Below, piece after piece: positions 1 to 12,729 of a stretch of 64,000 nucleotides of DNA (position 1 is the stretch's first letter; each line of letters opens with the position of its first letter). The notes under the pieces are model-generated. The model searched no databases, was not told the origin of the DNA, and worked only from the letters and a program-made list of their open reading frames with translations. The DNA lies in assembly GCF_020745735.1 (NCBI RefSeq), contig NC_083402.1:72616004-72680003 (forward strand), read 5' to 3'. Source of the stretch: Hemiscyllium ocellatum. Taxonomy: Eukaryota. The position numbers were made by a program, and so were the translations under genes.

Positions 1-878
1 CACTATTCCATTATCACCCAAAGTCAAAATCAATAGAATTACTTAGGTTGGACTTTAGCATAAAGAGCTTGCCATTTGAAAATCTATTTCTTAAATATTG
101 TAACATCTAAACTATGCAGTTCGGTTCAGTGTTCTAATTGAGATATTAGTAGAAAATATGGCAAATCTAAATTGCATTGATAATAAGACCACTGTCACAT
201 TTAGGTTTCAATTATCTGGAAAATGGTAAAATCTATGGTAATAAAAGTTGAGAGACATATAACATAGGCTGTCAACTCAATAGCACAATTTTATAGCATC
301 ATACAAAGTCAAAACGATCCCCATTTGTGTTGAAATGGTCCAGTAGCTTTCTGCTACATATCATTATCGCGTTGTTGTAATTAAAATGCTCATGACACTT
401 CTTGGCCTCGCATAAGCAATACAGTATCATTGTCACTGCTAAAATGTTTTGTGCAGTCCCTCAAAGCCTTTCTGCTCTAGTGTAAAATGATGTGAAAAAA
501 TTTCAGTTCTTGCTGAGTAAGTGTTGGATCTTAGCTACTAAATAAATTAATTATGGACCATAACAGCTTAACTTATATAATTTAGTCTGACATTTTAACA
601 CCAAAGGAAAAAATGTAATTTTTGAAAGAAAATTATAGTCAGTGTTTTTTCAACTTGCATATCATGATGTTGCTGTGGCAACAAAAGGCGACTTCTTTTC
701 CCCTCTGCAGCTATTGTTTTCACAGCAGGAACACATTGATCATATTTTTAAACCACTTTTGAATGGCCTGGAAATGTTAATACAATGAGGAAGGCCTACA
801 TCTTCATTTTATGCATAAAAGGTGATCACCTTCAAATTGGTTTCAATCTTTTTTCTGGGTCCAAGGTGGTTAGCAAGA

Positions 879-1173
879 GGCACGGTGGCTCAGTGGTTAG
901 CCCTGCTACTTCACAGCACTAGGGTCCCAGGTTCAATTCCAGCCTCAGCATCTGTCTATGTGGAGTTTGTACGTTCTCCCCATGTCTGTGTGGGTTTCCT
1001 CCGGGTGCTCTGGTTTCCTCCCACAATCCAAAGAAGTGCAGGTCAGGTGAATTATCCTTAAGTTAGGTGCATTAGTCAGAGGGAATTGGGTCTGGGTGGG
1101 TTACTCTTCAGAGGGTCGGTGTGGACTTGTTGGGCCAAAGGGCCTGTTTCCACACTGTAGGTAATCTGATCTA
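879..1173 (+). mobile_element. tRNA-derived V-SINE (HE1-like)
   Basis: A-box GTGGCTCAGTGG and B-box GGTTCAATTCC, V-domain-like GGGTTTCCTCCGGGTGCTCTGGTTTCCTCCCAC, CR1-like tail GGGCCTGTTTCCACACTGTAG; four more copies in the window. Confidence 0.9.
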
Positions 1174-1734
1174 GAGGGGACGGAGGCCATGGCATGGCAG
1201 TGGTGCCAGGAAGAGCTTATCTGTTTCTTTTTGGTTCCGTAGGAAAGATCAGTGTAAAAACAAATCAATGCATTCCCAACTGACCAAGCTTCCCCCACTA
1301 TCCCCACTCAATCAACTGAGAAAGTGGATTCAAATTCTATCCCACTGTTTACTTAACATTTCTAAGAATAGTAACACATTGATTAAATGTTATAGCTTTA
1401 TTGCATTATAGAGCCAATAAATCTCTAAGGATTTACTGCATTATAACGAAACTTAGTCTCACACCATTGATGTTGTGCTCATTAGAACTGACTGTTGAAA
1501 ATAACTTAATTTGCAACTGGAAAACCCCTGTGACTTTGCAGTAAGATTTCGGACAGATATTTTGTAAGTTACACTGACAAGAGTGATTTTGCTGAAGCAT
1601 ATCTTCAAATTAAAAAAATGAGGGGACAAATTTCAAGCAAATGAACAGACGGAGTTGCCTTAATAGTTTCATGCCCATAGTTAAAGGAGTATGGCTGTCC
1701 CAGCTATTTCAAGTTTATTTGTGTATATCTATGG

Positions 1735-1890
1735 ATCATAGGTCCACGTTCTACATCAGAGACTTGAGCAAGTAATGCAGGCTGACTCTCAGTGCCCTGC
1801 TGAGGATGCATGGCCATTTTCAGCCAAAATATTAAATCACTAAAGCATTTGCATGCTTGGATGGATATTCAAATCCCATGGCATGAAGAG
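1735..1890 (+). mobile_element. Degenerate Deu-domain SINE fragment
   Basis: GAGACTTGAGCA..CAGGCTGACTCTCAGTG..AATCCCATGGCA resembles the shark Deu-SINE body; a related reverse copy lies at ~34760-34925. Confidence 0.5.
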
Positions 1891-3184
1891 TTTTTCCCAT
1901 GTATATTGTTCAAACTGCACTGCTGAAGTATGTTGCCTGCTGATAATGTAACTGATACATGTGGAATCTTGCAGTGAGCAAATTGCCGTCAGGTAGTCAT
2001 CATAGAAGAGGTTTATGCTGTCATTTCCCATTCTTTGCCTGAATGCCAGCTGGTAAGATACGTTGACTTTCTTTTTGTTCATAATCTTTGTTTCTTTCTG
2101 TTCTTCATGCTCTTCCATCTCCAGGTCTTATCCTCAAGTAGCTCAACTGGATCAATATATGAATTCCTGCCAAGTATCATCAGCCACAACTACAGAGACC
2201 TTTGTCTCCAAGTAGCTAGCAATTGACCTAGTGGTATGGGCAGAAGGGAGGAGGAATTAAGGATTCACGTATTGGAAAAAGCATCAGTGGGATATCTGGC
2301 ACAAGCCTGTGTGGTGATGTGTAACCTGTCACGCATCAACAGCACATTCAATGGATGATAAGTTTTTCTGTTCATGTATTGTATACACCACGGGTTTATT
2401 ATTCAAGGGTGTGTGCATACAGTTGATGATGTTCTGCAACTGGAGGCAGCATGCAATTTGGGTAAAGCCCAGATAGCTACCTCTCTGCATTGTAATCTCT
2501 CCAGAGAAAGAGAATAAGGTGTTTAACTTTAGCAAAGAACGCATCTGTCTTATGTATAACGCAGGTATGGGCAGATGGTCAACCAATGTACTAATGTCAT
2601 TTATTGCAACCTGAACGAGCAGTGAGATGTGAAATTTCTGGCCCACAATTACCTTAGATCCTTGTTGTGGACCTGAAGGAATCTGGTTCTGGCTGCAGTT
2701 GACGGTCCAATAGACATGTAAGTCTGTGAAAATCCAGAATTTCTAAAAACACTGCCCTGCACTGAACTGAAGATAAGAAGTTATCAATCTGGATAGGATT
2801 CCTGTGAGCTTCCCTCCGACTGCTTTTTGCCTCCAAAGCTGCAAATTGTTGAGATTTTACCTGCTACAGGACTTCCTTCGCCTGCTCCGACCAAATTCAA
2901 AACACCAACTCAATGTTTACCAGAAGGTCCATCTCAAAGTTCCACTGTGCAATTAGGCAGGTAACGTATGAAAAAGTTCAGTGTCATTAATGGCCAATTA
3001 TAACAGCAAAAGCAGCATGCTGTGAGCAGTTAATTATCCATTTAGATAAGGCAGAAAATGACTCCCTTCTGACTGTTCCTGGCCATTACTTCTGAGTCTG
3101 TTGTAGAACAGGCAAATAGCCTGAAATATTCAAAGAGCATTTGAATCCCCAATTACACATTTGAAATCGATGGCTGCCAATTTA

Positions 3185-3340
3185 AGGTGAGGCAGTGGTG
3201 TCATGGTAATGTCAATTCATGTGGAATGCAGTCTCCTGTATTAAAGTTCTCATGATGTAAGTTTAAAACCCACCATGGCAAATGGTGAACTTTGATTTTA
3301 ATAAAAATCTGGAATTAAAAAGTTTGCTTAATAGCAACTT
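3185..3340 (+). mobile_element. Degenerate tRNA-SINE (second family)
   Basis: CCCACCATGGCAAATGGTG..AATAAAAATCTGGAATTAA motif; reverse copies at ~43870-44065 and ~62175-62385. Confidence 0.55.
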
Positions 3341-3380
3341 TGGGCTGAATCTTAGGTTTTCTTTGCTAAGTACAAGTTAC

Positions 3381-3602
3381 GGGGAGAAAGTGAGGACTGC
3401 AGATGCTGGAGACCAGAGTTGAAAAACGTGGTGCTGGAAAAACACAGCAGGCCAGGCAGCATCCAAGGAGCAGGAGAATCGACATTTCGGGCATAGACCC
3501 TTCTTCACATTCCTGAAGAAGGGCTTATGCCCGAAACGTCGATTCTCCTGCTCCTCGGATGCTGCCTGGCCTGCTGTGTTTTTCCAGCACCACATTTTCC
3601 AA
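3381..3602. mobile_element. Palindromic Penelope-derived mini-element with hammerhead motif, 15-bp TSD
   Basis: TSD CTAAGTACAAGTTAC at 3366-3380 and 3603-3617; inverted arms of ~90 bp; sequence matches the 3' ends of the Penelope elements at 31480-31575 and 37862-37953. Confidence 0.9.
3509..3544 (+). ncRNA. Minimal type I hammerhead ribozyme motif
   Basis: attc-CTGAAGA-agggc-ttat-gccc-GAAA-cgtc-gatt: CUGANGA and GAAA boxes, stem II GGGC/GCCC, palindromic ACGT stem III; stem I imperfect. Confidence 0.75.
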
Positions 3603-4734
3603 CTAAGTACAAGTTACATTGAGTTTTATTAGGGATTCTCACCACGAGGTCCAACACGATTGTTCACCATAACTTACCAAATGCACCACATTTATCACCC
3701 TGCCCAATGATATTTCTCAAGTCCAATCCTAGTCCCATCATACCATGTGTCATTCCCAGAAAAAACTCACCATTCGTCCAATATCTACCAAAAACCTGGT
3801 ATCCCTTACAGCTCCACCATCTTTACAATGCTGCTGTGGCCCTGCACAGGTATGAGCAATCCTGCATTCCCCCCTCACCAGCAATGCAATATAGTACAGC
3901 TGCCATGAAGCTATGTTGCTCATGGAACATAACTGGCATGGTTGACACTCCCTCGCACATAAAACCCTATTCCATCACCCTAGCCACTGTTAACCACTGC
4001 ACCACAAAGGTTAGCTCTCCTTAGCTGCATCATGTCGTAACATCCTCTTAAGTCACTGTTACTCTCTCCCAGTGCTAACTGGACACCCACATCTTGTCGT
4101 TGCCTTTTAGGAGAAACAGCACATACAGGAAAAACATGCAAACATGAGCTTGTAATGGCAGCCACAAAACTGAACACAAACAAAACAAGTTAAGGCTGCA
4201 GTTCACCCCACAATGCAAATGAAAACCTGGAATCATGATCACTGACTATTCTACGGACAGTGGTGGTCTGCTGCATTCAGCTCTCCTCTAATAGAACTGG
4301 ATATCAACCAGGTCCTGTCTAGATTGCAGCACTTGATGTAGCTAAGCATTGTCATCTGTAACAGAGCTTTCTCTAGCTCAATATCGTCAGTCTTCTCAGA
4401 TGGCTGCTCCTGTTCCCCTGGTTCCCCAGCTGCTATTACAATGCCTCATTGTCTGCTCCAGTTGTCCAGATGCAGCACACTGTATCTCAGCTATAGCAGA
4501 CTCTCCCCTGAACCCCAAACTCCCTATGGACCACTCCAAACTGCAGGACCATGTCTTCAAGAGTTGTATTATCTGTTCCACCATGGCTGTGTTCTACCAC
4601 AGCATATGCACCAACTTTGGGAGGTGCCACACCAGCTGAGTGACCATCGTATTATATCGAAAATGGAATGCCTGCTGTGCTCAGAGCTCATAATCCCATC
4701 TCAAATCCACAACAATCATTCAGTTTATTTGAGT

Positions 4735-5033
4735 AGGTTATCTACAGTGTGGAAACAGGCCATTTGACCCAACAAGTCCACACCGACCCTCTGAAGAGTA
4801 ACCCGCCCAGCCCTATTCCCTATATTTACCCCTAACTACTGCACCTAACTATGGGCAATTTAGCAAGGCCAATTCCCCTAACCTGCACATCTTTGGATTG
4901 TGGGGGCAAACAGGAGCACCTGGAGGAAACCCAGAGAATGTGCAAACTCCACACAGTTGCCGGAGGCAGGAATTGAACCCAGGTCCCTGGCGCTGTGAGG
5001 CAACAGTGATAGCCACTGAGCCACCGTGCTGTC
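4735..5033 (-). mobile_element. HE1-like V-SINE
   Basis: Reverse complement of the 879-1173 SINE (GAGCCACCGTG, GGAATTGAACCC, ACAGTGTGGAAACAGGCC). Confidence 0.9.
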
Positions 5034-5086
5034 CATGAATTCATATCATTGAATTCCTACTGTCCATCATCATACTTACATGAAAT

Positions 5087-5450
5087 GGGCGGCACGGTGG
5101 CTCAGTGGTTAGCACAGCTGCTCCACAGCACCAAGGATCTGGGTTCGATTCCACCCTCAGGTGACTGTCTGTGTGGCGTTTGCATTCTTTCCCCATGTCT
5201 GCGGAGCACCATGTCAGGTGCTCTGGTCTCCCCCCATAGTCCAAACATGTTCAGGTTAGGTGAATTGGCCATACTAAATTGCCCATAATGTCCAGGGATG
5301 CGTAGGCTGGTTGGATTAGCCATAGGGAATGCAGGTTACAGGGATTGGGTTGGAGGGTGAATCTTAGTGAGATGCTCTTCGCAGGATTGGTGTGGAGTCA
5401 ATGGGCTGAATGGCCTTCTTCTACACTGTATGGATTCTATGATTCTATGA
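5087..5450 (+). mobile_element. HE1-like V-SINE
   Basis: GGGCGGCACGGTGGCTCAGTGGTTAGCAC head, GGTTCGATTCC B-box, (ATTCTATG)n tail; possible TSD ATGAAAT at 5080-5086 and 5447-5453. Confidence 0.9.
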
Positions 5451-6294
5451 AATATGATGTTTCCCTCATCCCACAGAAATCTGGAAGTTCCATAAGTGAT
5501 AGGCAGGTTTGGCCAGCGTTAACCTCCTTTAAAGTCATTGCCACCAACTTCTGCCATCACTGAGATAGCAATGCCAGGCTGTCAAGCACTAACAGCATGT
5601 CACAATCAACCTTGATCAACATTTGATGCCTAAGTATGTTCCCTCTCCGTGTATTGCAAGTGGGCAAAGATTTGATCACAAATGAAATATAACTGGAGTT
5701 TGAAAATGCCTGATTCAGGTATTTGCCCCTGCAATATCCTAGCATTCAGCAAATATGTATGCTGCACCTTTGCTCATCAAACCACCCAACCTGACCATTT
5801 TTGAGTTGCATTTCACATCTAGAGAAACACCACGTGATGGCAGGGAATGTAGCTCACTGTGGACACTGCCTCTTTTACCTTGCTGTTTCCAGACAGCCCA
5901 AACCATCCATTTAATTGCCAACTCATTGCTGCCTGGTGAGAAACCCATCTCACTGCTTAACAAATTTCCTCCTAATATCAAAATAGGCCCCACTGGACTT
6001 TTCAACAGATTCTGTCACACATCTCACCATAGTCTACGTCAATCAGACCCCCATAAGATTCCACCGCATATAACCATTGTCAATTATTGTAAGATTTTGT
6101 TCATTAATGTTTTTTTGAGGAAGGAAATCTACCATCCTCATTAGGTGGGGCCCATATGTGACTCCAGACCTATAGCAATGTGCTTGATTCTTAACTGTCC
6201 CCTGGGCAATGAGGATAGCAAATGCTGCTTCAGCCTTTGACAGGCCCATCCTATGAATGAAATCAAGTTCTGGCAGTCCTCCTGGGTGCCTGAA

Positions 6295-6960
6295 AGTAAG
6301 AGAAATAGGCCATTCAGTTGCTCCTGTCTATCCTGCCACTCAATGAGTTCACGATAAATTAGTTGCCTGAAGTCATCCAGCCTCTGTGGTTTCATTTCTG
6401 TATACCATTGGTGAGCCAAAATCTATCAATCTCAGCTTTAAACTGATTAATTGAAGTAGCATGATTACTTTTATGTGAAAGAGAGTTCCTCATTTAAACC
6501 ATCCTTTACTTTTCACTCCACTCCCGATAGATTGGCTCTGATTTAAGGTTATGCCTCCTTGTCCCAGACACAACAGCAGAATACAATAATTTTCTTTGAA
6601 TATTTTCAAAATCTTTAAAAATTGTAACCAAACGCTCCTTTAATTTTCTATATTCCACAAATATAAACTTTAATGAACTCTCATAATCTCACCCTTTATT
6701 TCTCATAATACACAGGTGAGTTTGCACAACATCCCTTCAAAAACCTAAATATTCTTCCCAAAATGTGCAACTCAAAAATGTATCCTATACTCCAGATGTG
6801 GCCTTTGTAGTACTGCAATAAAACTTTCTCCCCTTTATAGTCTAGCCTGCATTCCCCTGCCTACTAATTTAGTTATTCCCTTATAATGGGTTCATTATGC
6901 ATGACCCATTATTTACAAATCCCTCTTTGCTCTCTTAATCAGCTCAAATTTCTCTAAGTG
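6295..6960 (-). mobile_element. Old CR1 LINE 3' fragment
   Basis: ATAGGCCATTCAG tail and TACTCCAGATGTGGCCT (reverse of the RPHLEY motif). Confidence 0.55.
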
Positions 6961-7954
6961 TTCAATCACTTTGTTGTTAATTATAGTTTCCAATAACATT
7001 TCTACAACAAATGTTAAGAAATTACCAGTGAAGCAGGAAGGCAACAATTGTGGCACTCAAGTGACTTTATGCCCCCTTCCTATTGGTTCACAGTGGGTGA
7101 AGGGAAGTGTGGGTAAAAATCTGGCCTCTAAAGTTCATGTACCACAGCTGTTACCTGACTTGCTCACTTTTTCGAGCATTTTCTGATATTTTTAGTGTAA
7201 TTTTCTGCTCTTAACTATTTCTTCACTTATTTCTTGTAATCTATTAGATGCTAATTAGTCTTTTGTGCCATTATCTTTTTATAATTTTGTTTTCTTGCAG
7301 GTCTTTGCTAACTTTAGCAAATCCAGTCCTTGATTCGTTATTAGTTTCATGAGCATGCAAGTTTATTATCCCCTTTTTCTATCCTCAACATTGATATAAA
7401 ATATTTATTCAGCAAATGTTTATTTTCACTTACATTCTCAAAAGGTCTGCATTAACTTTTATTACTCATTTCATTGTACATGTAGAAGGTTTTGTGTTAA
7501 TGGTGATGTCCTTTCAATCTAAATAAGTACATTGGCAGAGAAAGCATGGGGAATAGGGGAGGAAGAACTAAAAAATGCTGTGTACTACACTGAAAGGTAG
7601 GAGTGGTTAACTGATAAGAAGGAATGAAGCTCTAAGACAAAACATCTGAGTCATAATGGTATTAGTCAGCACATTGTTGAATCTCAAAGGTTGTAAAGTG
7701 CATTTTCAAAAGCTAATGTGCTGACCGTCAAGAATCTGACAAACTTTAAGTCCTTTCTCATCCTTCAGTTCTAGTCGTAGATTCTCTGTTGAATGCATTC
7801 CCTCCAAAAGTATCCATTTATTCAGAGAATTTGGAGAGTTCTGCTGCACTGAAATGAGTAGTTCCTCAGGAAAACCTAGTCCATTAAAAACCAATGGAGC
7901 AATTGCCAAACTAATTTGACTTCTGAGTAAATGTATGTATAAACAACTGGAATC

Positions 7955-9843
7955 AAATCAATCTCTTGAAGAGTATAACGGATTTAAGGGTATTCTGAAG
8001 AGACAAGTCAGGAGAGTCAGAAGTGAATGTGAGATAGCCTTGACAGATAAGGATAAGGATAATCCAAAGAGATTCTATATATACATTAAGAACAAAATAG
8101 CAACTTAGGAGAGAATGTGGCCCCTTAAAGATCAACAAGGTTTCCTATATGTAGAAAAACAGGAGACAGAAGAGATATTAAACGAATATTGTGTGTCAGT
8201 TTTTACTGTGGAGAAAAAAATTGAGGCTAGAGAACATGGCAAAATAAATATTGATGTCTTCAAATCAATCCACAATATAGAAGTGTTGGAGGTCTTAAAA
8301 AAACAGAAAGTGGTTAAATCTCCAAGACCTGATCAAGTGTATCCCAGGGCATTGTGGGAGACTAGGGAAGATATTGTGAAGCCCCAACAGAGATATTTGT
8401 ATCATCTACAGCCACGGGATCAAATACTGGAGGACTGAAGGATGGCTAATGTTGTGCCTTTATTTAAGAAAAGCTGTAAGGAGATGCCTGGGAGCTCTCG
8501 ACCTGTGAGTCTTAAATCAGTGGTAGGTACATTGTTGGAGAGGATTCTGAGAGATAGGATTTATATGCATTTGAAGAGGCAAAAACTGATTAGGGATAAT
8601 CAGCATGGCTTTGTATGTGGGAAATCGTATCTCACAAACTCGATTAGAGGATTAAACCAAAATGATTGATGAGGGCAGAAAGGTAGACATTGTCTACATG
8701 GACTTTACTAAAGCCTTTGACAAGGTTCTGTATGGTAAACTAATTAGTAATGTTAGAACATATGAAATTCTTGGTTTGCCAGTTGGATACAAGATTGGCT
8801 TGATGGTAGGAGACGGAGGGTGACAGTGAAGGGTTGTTTTTTGGACTGGAGGCCTGTGACCAGTGGTGTTCCACAGGGATCAGTGCTGCACCACTTTGCT
8901 TGTCATTTATATCGACAGTTTGTATGAGAATTCAGGAGGCATGGTTCATAAGTTTGTGCATAACACTAAAATTGGTGGTATAGTTGATTGTGAAGAAGAT
9001 TATCTAAGATTGCAAAAAAATCTTGATCGATTGGGCCAGTTTGCTGAGGATTAGCATTGGGATTAATTTGGATAAATGTGAAGTATTGCATTTTAGTAAC
9101 ACAAATAAGAACAGGACTTATACAGTTAATGGTAGGGCCCTGGGTATTGTTGTTGAACAGAGATACCTTGTGATTCATGGACATAGTTCTTTGAAAGTTG
9201 TATCTCAGAGAAACATTATGATGAAGGAGATGTTTAGCATGCTTGCCTTCATTGCTCAGACCATTGAGTATAGGAGTTGAGACGTCATATTGATGTTGTA
9301 CAGGACGTTGGTGAGGCCACTTTTAGAGTGCTGTATACTGTTTGCCCTGCTATAGGAAAGACATAATTAAATTGGAGAGGGTTCAGAAAAGATTTAACAG
9401 GATGTTGCTAGCTCTGGCCGATTTATAATGACAGGCTGGGACTTTTCTCACCAAAGTGTTGGAGGTTGAGGAGTGACCTTGTAGAGGTTTATAAAATCAT
9501 GAGGGGCTTAAATAAGATGAGTAGCAATGATCTTTTCCCTGAGTGGGCAATTTCAAAGCTCAAGGGTAAATTTTTAAAGTGAGAGGAATAAGATTTAAAA
9601 GGGACCTGAGAGGCAACGTTTTCGCACAGAGTTTGTAGGTGGAATGAACTACCAGATGATGTGGTGGGTGCAGGTACAATTACAACATTTAAAAGACATT
9701 TAAACAGGACCATGAATAGGAAAGGTTCAGAGGGATGTGAGTCAAGTGCAGGCAAGTGGGATTAGTTTAGTTTAAGAAACTTGGTCGGCATGGATGAGTT
9801 GGACTAAAGGGTGTACTTCTGTGCCGTAGGACTCTATGACTCT
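7955..9843 (+). mobile_element. CR1 (HER1-like) LINE, 5'-truncated, ORF2 RT pseudogene
   Basis: ORF fragments KSPRPDQVYPR, ANVVPLFKK..RPVSL, NQHGF..KSYLTN, DFTKAFDKV, NLDKCEVLHF; (ACTCTATG)n tail. Confidence 0.92.
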
Positions 9844-10635
9844 AATTTGAAGCGAGTATGACTCTTTGTTTCTCCCTCCATAGATGCTGCCAATCTTTTA
9901 GGTTATGCCAAAATTATGTGTGTGCACTTCAGATTTCCAGAATTTGCAGTACTTTGCTTTCACTGGAATGTTTATCTTCTAATCCTAACTAGCTTACAGT
10001 ATTTATTTCTGCAATGGCCAAGATGCCATTTTCTGTTTAACGCTTTAAATTTGTCAATTTACTTCTTACAATCCAAAACTTATATACGGCCATTATTTGG
10101 GCAAGAACTGTTAACCTGTCTGTTTGTATTGATGTTGCCTTTCACAGATGATTTAACGTGAATCACTTTGTTTGTGTGGGATCTGTTGAAACTACTTCCA
10201 TTATTTAAAACAGAAAAGGTGGGATGATGAGCAATTCAAGCAGCATCTTTCAAGGGAGAAACATAGTTCATAGGGTGAATTTTATGTGTGCTTTGGGACC
10301 CTGACATATCAAGTGCAAACTTGTACTGGCAGCCTTGTAATTGGCTGCCTGTCAGCCTGTACTGTGCAGCTAAGCTGTGGGCAGGCTCCTGACACTGCCA
10401 ATCCAATGAGAGGACTGCTACCTCTGAAAAGTCAACACCTCCACCAGAAAACATGGGTGCTGTTGAGGCAGACCAGAAATATCGGCAGGTATTTCACTAG
10501 TAGAATTATGGAGAGCAAGGGTGAGAAGGCCTCCGGGGATGGAGGGGAAACCCTTTAGCTCCAAAATGGTTCTGCAGGTAAGCTATATCCAAGAAGTCAG
10601 CAGCTTGGCAGTGCAGCAGTCGCACTGTTGTCAAT

Positions 10636-10800
10636 AGGACAGGTCATGAGGGCGGTGCCGAGTTGGGAGGTTGGATCTGGGAAAAGGTGGGGTGAGGGGA
10701 AATGAGGAAACTGGTGAAATCCACATTTGTCCCTTGTGGTTGGAGGGTTCCAAGGTGAAAGATGAGGCGTTCTTCCTCCAGGTGTCGGGTGGCTAGAGAT
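10636..10800 (-). mobile_element. Penelope GIY-YIG C-terminal fragment
   Basis: Matches 31715-31880 (LEEERLIF..LGTLQPQG); flanked by TTGTCAA at both sides. Confidence 0.8.
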
Positions 10801-11609
10801 TGTCAAGTATTTGCGGCATTCTATGTTCTTTCCTTCAAATTGGCAGAGTAAGGTTCTGAGCAACATGGGTTATTGTGAGCCTTGTGAGAATCAGATGAGA
10901 AATGTGGCGCGGCCTACATTAATGTTAGGAGCATCTTGCTGCATCTTTTGTGCTTTTGGCAAGCAGCCTGGTGAATTTTTCTTTCGGTAGCAAGCAAGTT
11001 ACCAATTAAGGGAGTTTTGTGCATGTCAAAATGGCCCAAACCTGGCTTACCAAATGGACCAAGTAAGTTGGTTGAGAAAATCCAACTTGGAAATCAGAGC
11101 AAATACCTGGTGAATTTAGTTCACTGTTTGCTTCAAAGGGCTTCCATGATGGACATCAGGCATCAACATGTCAGCGCATGCTGCTTGGGAAACCACCACA
11201 CACAGCCCATGTCCACAGACATTAGCATTAAATATGTGTGAGGCTCTAGGAACTCTCACAGAACATCTCTGATCCACTTGCAGGACACTTTCACATTGCA
11301 ACTCAGGCTGAACCAACGACTATGTTTGTAATGTTGTACAAGGATACTGTTCATGAACAGGTACCTTGAGTCTACCTGGATGCTCACAGTGTGCCTAGTT
11401 TGAGTTGCCTTACCTGTTTGTGCTTTGTACTGTCAGTCAGAGATACCAATCCCATGCAGTGTGTGCTGTTTTGTGCAGACACAAAGCTGGTGGGTTGTCG
11501 TAGCTGTCAGCACACTCAGTTGTGGGGACCTGATGTAGTAAGTCATGGGCAGTGACTGACACCAGTCCGTGGACTTGGATATGGACAGTCAGCCAGCAAT
11601 TCAGGGCAG

Positions 11610-12213
11610 ACAGAGTCAGGATGCTCTCCACAATAAGTGCTAAGGAGCTGAGTGCAGGCAGCCTACTACCTGTCTTAAATCTTAATTTCCTCTGAGAGTT
11701 AGAGGCAGATACTCAGTGAGATGAAAGTGAGTGGCACATCTGCTATGTTTGGTTTACAAGGTGAGGTATTCTGAACAAGGGACCAGGACATGCTGGTTAG
11801 TGGTGTCATGGGATCACAATAAGTGAGTGAAAGGAGATGTTACAGTCAATAGTCAAATGGTAGATCCTTGATGGGAGGGCGTCTGTTTGCAGAGAGTGTG
11901 TGAGGTGTTACAAAGAGTTAGTACACTACAATGGTTGAGTGCAAAATACCATTGACCCTCTTCCTGCTGAGCTGTCCATATCTCTGAGGGGAAGGGTTCT
12001 GGCTGTGAACACAGCACCACTAACCAGCATGTCCTAGTCCCTTGTTCAGAATACCTCATCTGTATACCAAACATAGCAGATGTGCCACTCACTTTCATCT
12101 CACTGAGTAGCTGCCTCTCTCTAACTCTCAGAGGAAAATAAGATTTAAGACAGGTAGTAGGCTTCCTGCACTCAGCTCCTTAGCACTTATTGTGGAGAGC
12201 ATCCTGACTCTGT
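11610..12213. repeat. Long inverted duplication (arms 11610-11805 and 12015-12213)
   Basis: Near-identical inverted arms of ~196 bp around a ~210 bp spacer; ORFs 11437..11631(-) and 12192..12458(+) share MESILTL. Confidence 0.93.
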
Positions 12214-12729
12214 GTGACAATGTTAAATCAAACTTACATCATCTAGTGTTGTGGACTCTGCTGCCAGCCCTGGAGGTAAGAGAAGTTACGTCTGTGCATT
12301 CGAGGTCCTTGCCTGCAAAGCAGACCACCAATATCCCCCTGTCTTCTAATTCTGGGGCAAATGTCAGGGACTATGCACGGCAGCCCTGGACTAAAGGACT
12401 AATGGTGGTGCCGGCACAAGGGATGCCACTGAGTTTTGGAATGTCCGATAAATGGTGACTCGTTCTGGGACCAACACATGGGAAGATGGAGCTGGAATCA
12501 GATGTGAAGGATGGTATAGGGACAGGCTTGGTAGTTAATGAGGTAAGTTGCCAAGATATGGCAAGAAAATTCTCCAGGTTTCTTTGCAGAAATCCCTTTG
12601 GAAAGTACAATTTTTAGCCGCCCATTCAGTCTTTCAGCTCGGACCATAATTCTAGCCTTGTTCACATATGGCCTAATATAGTGTCTGACGCTCAGGCAGA
12701 TTGACTAGATCCAGAGTATCACTGTTTGA

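Noticed and set aside
879-950. tRNA-like A/B-box sequences (also at ~5090, ~45750, ~54680)
   Set aside because: These are SINE heads continuous with the V domain and LINE-like tail, not tRNA genes
2653-2839. Minus-strand segment bounded by AG and GTAATT, resembling an exon
   Set aside because: All three frames contain stop codons and no protein is recognisable
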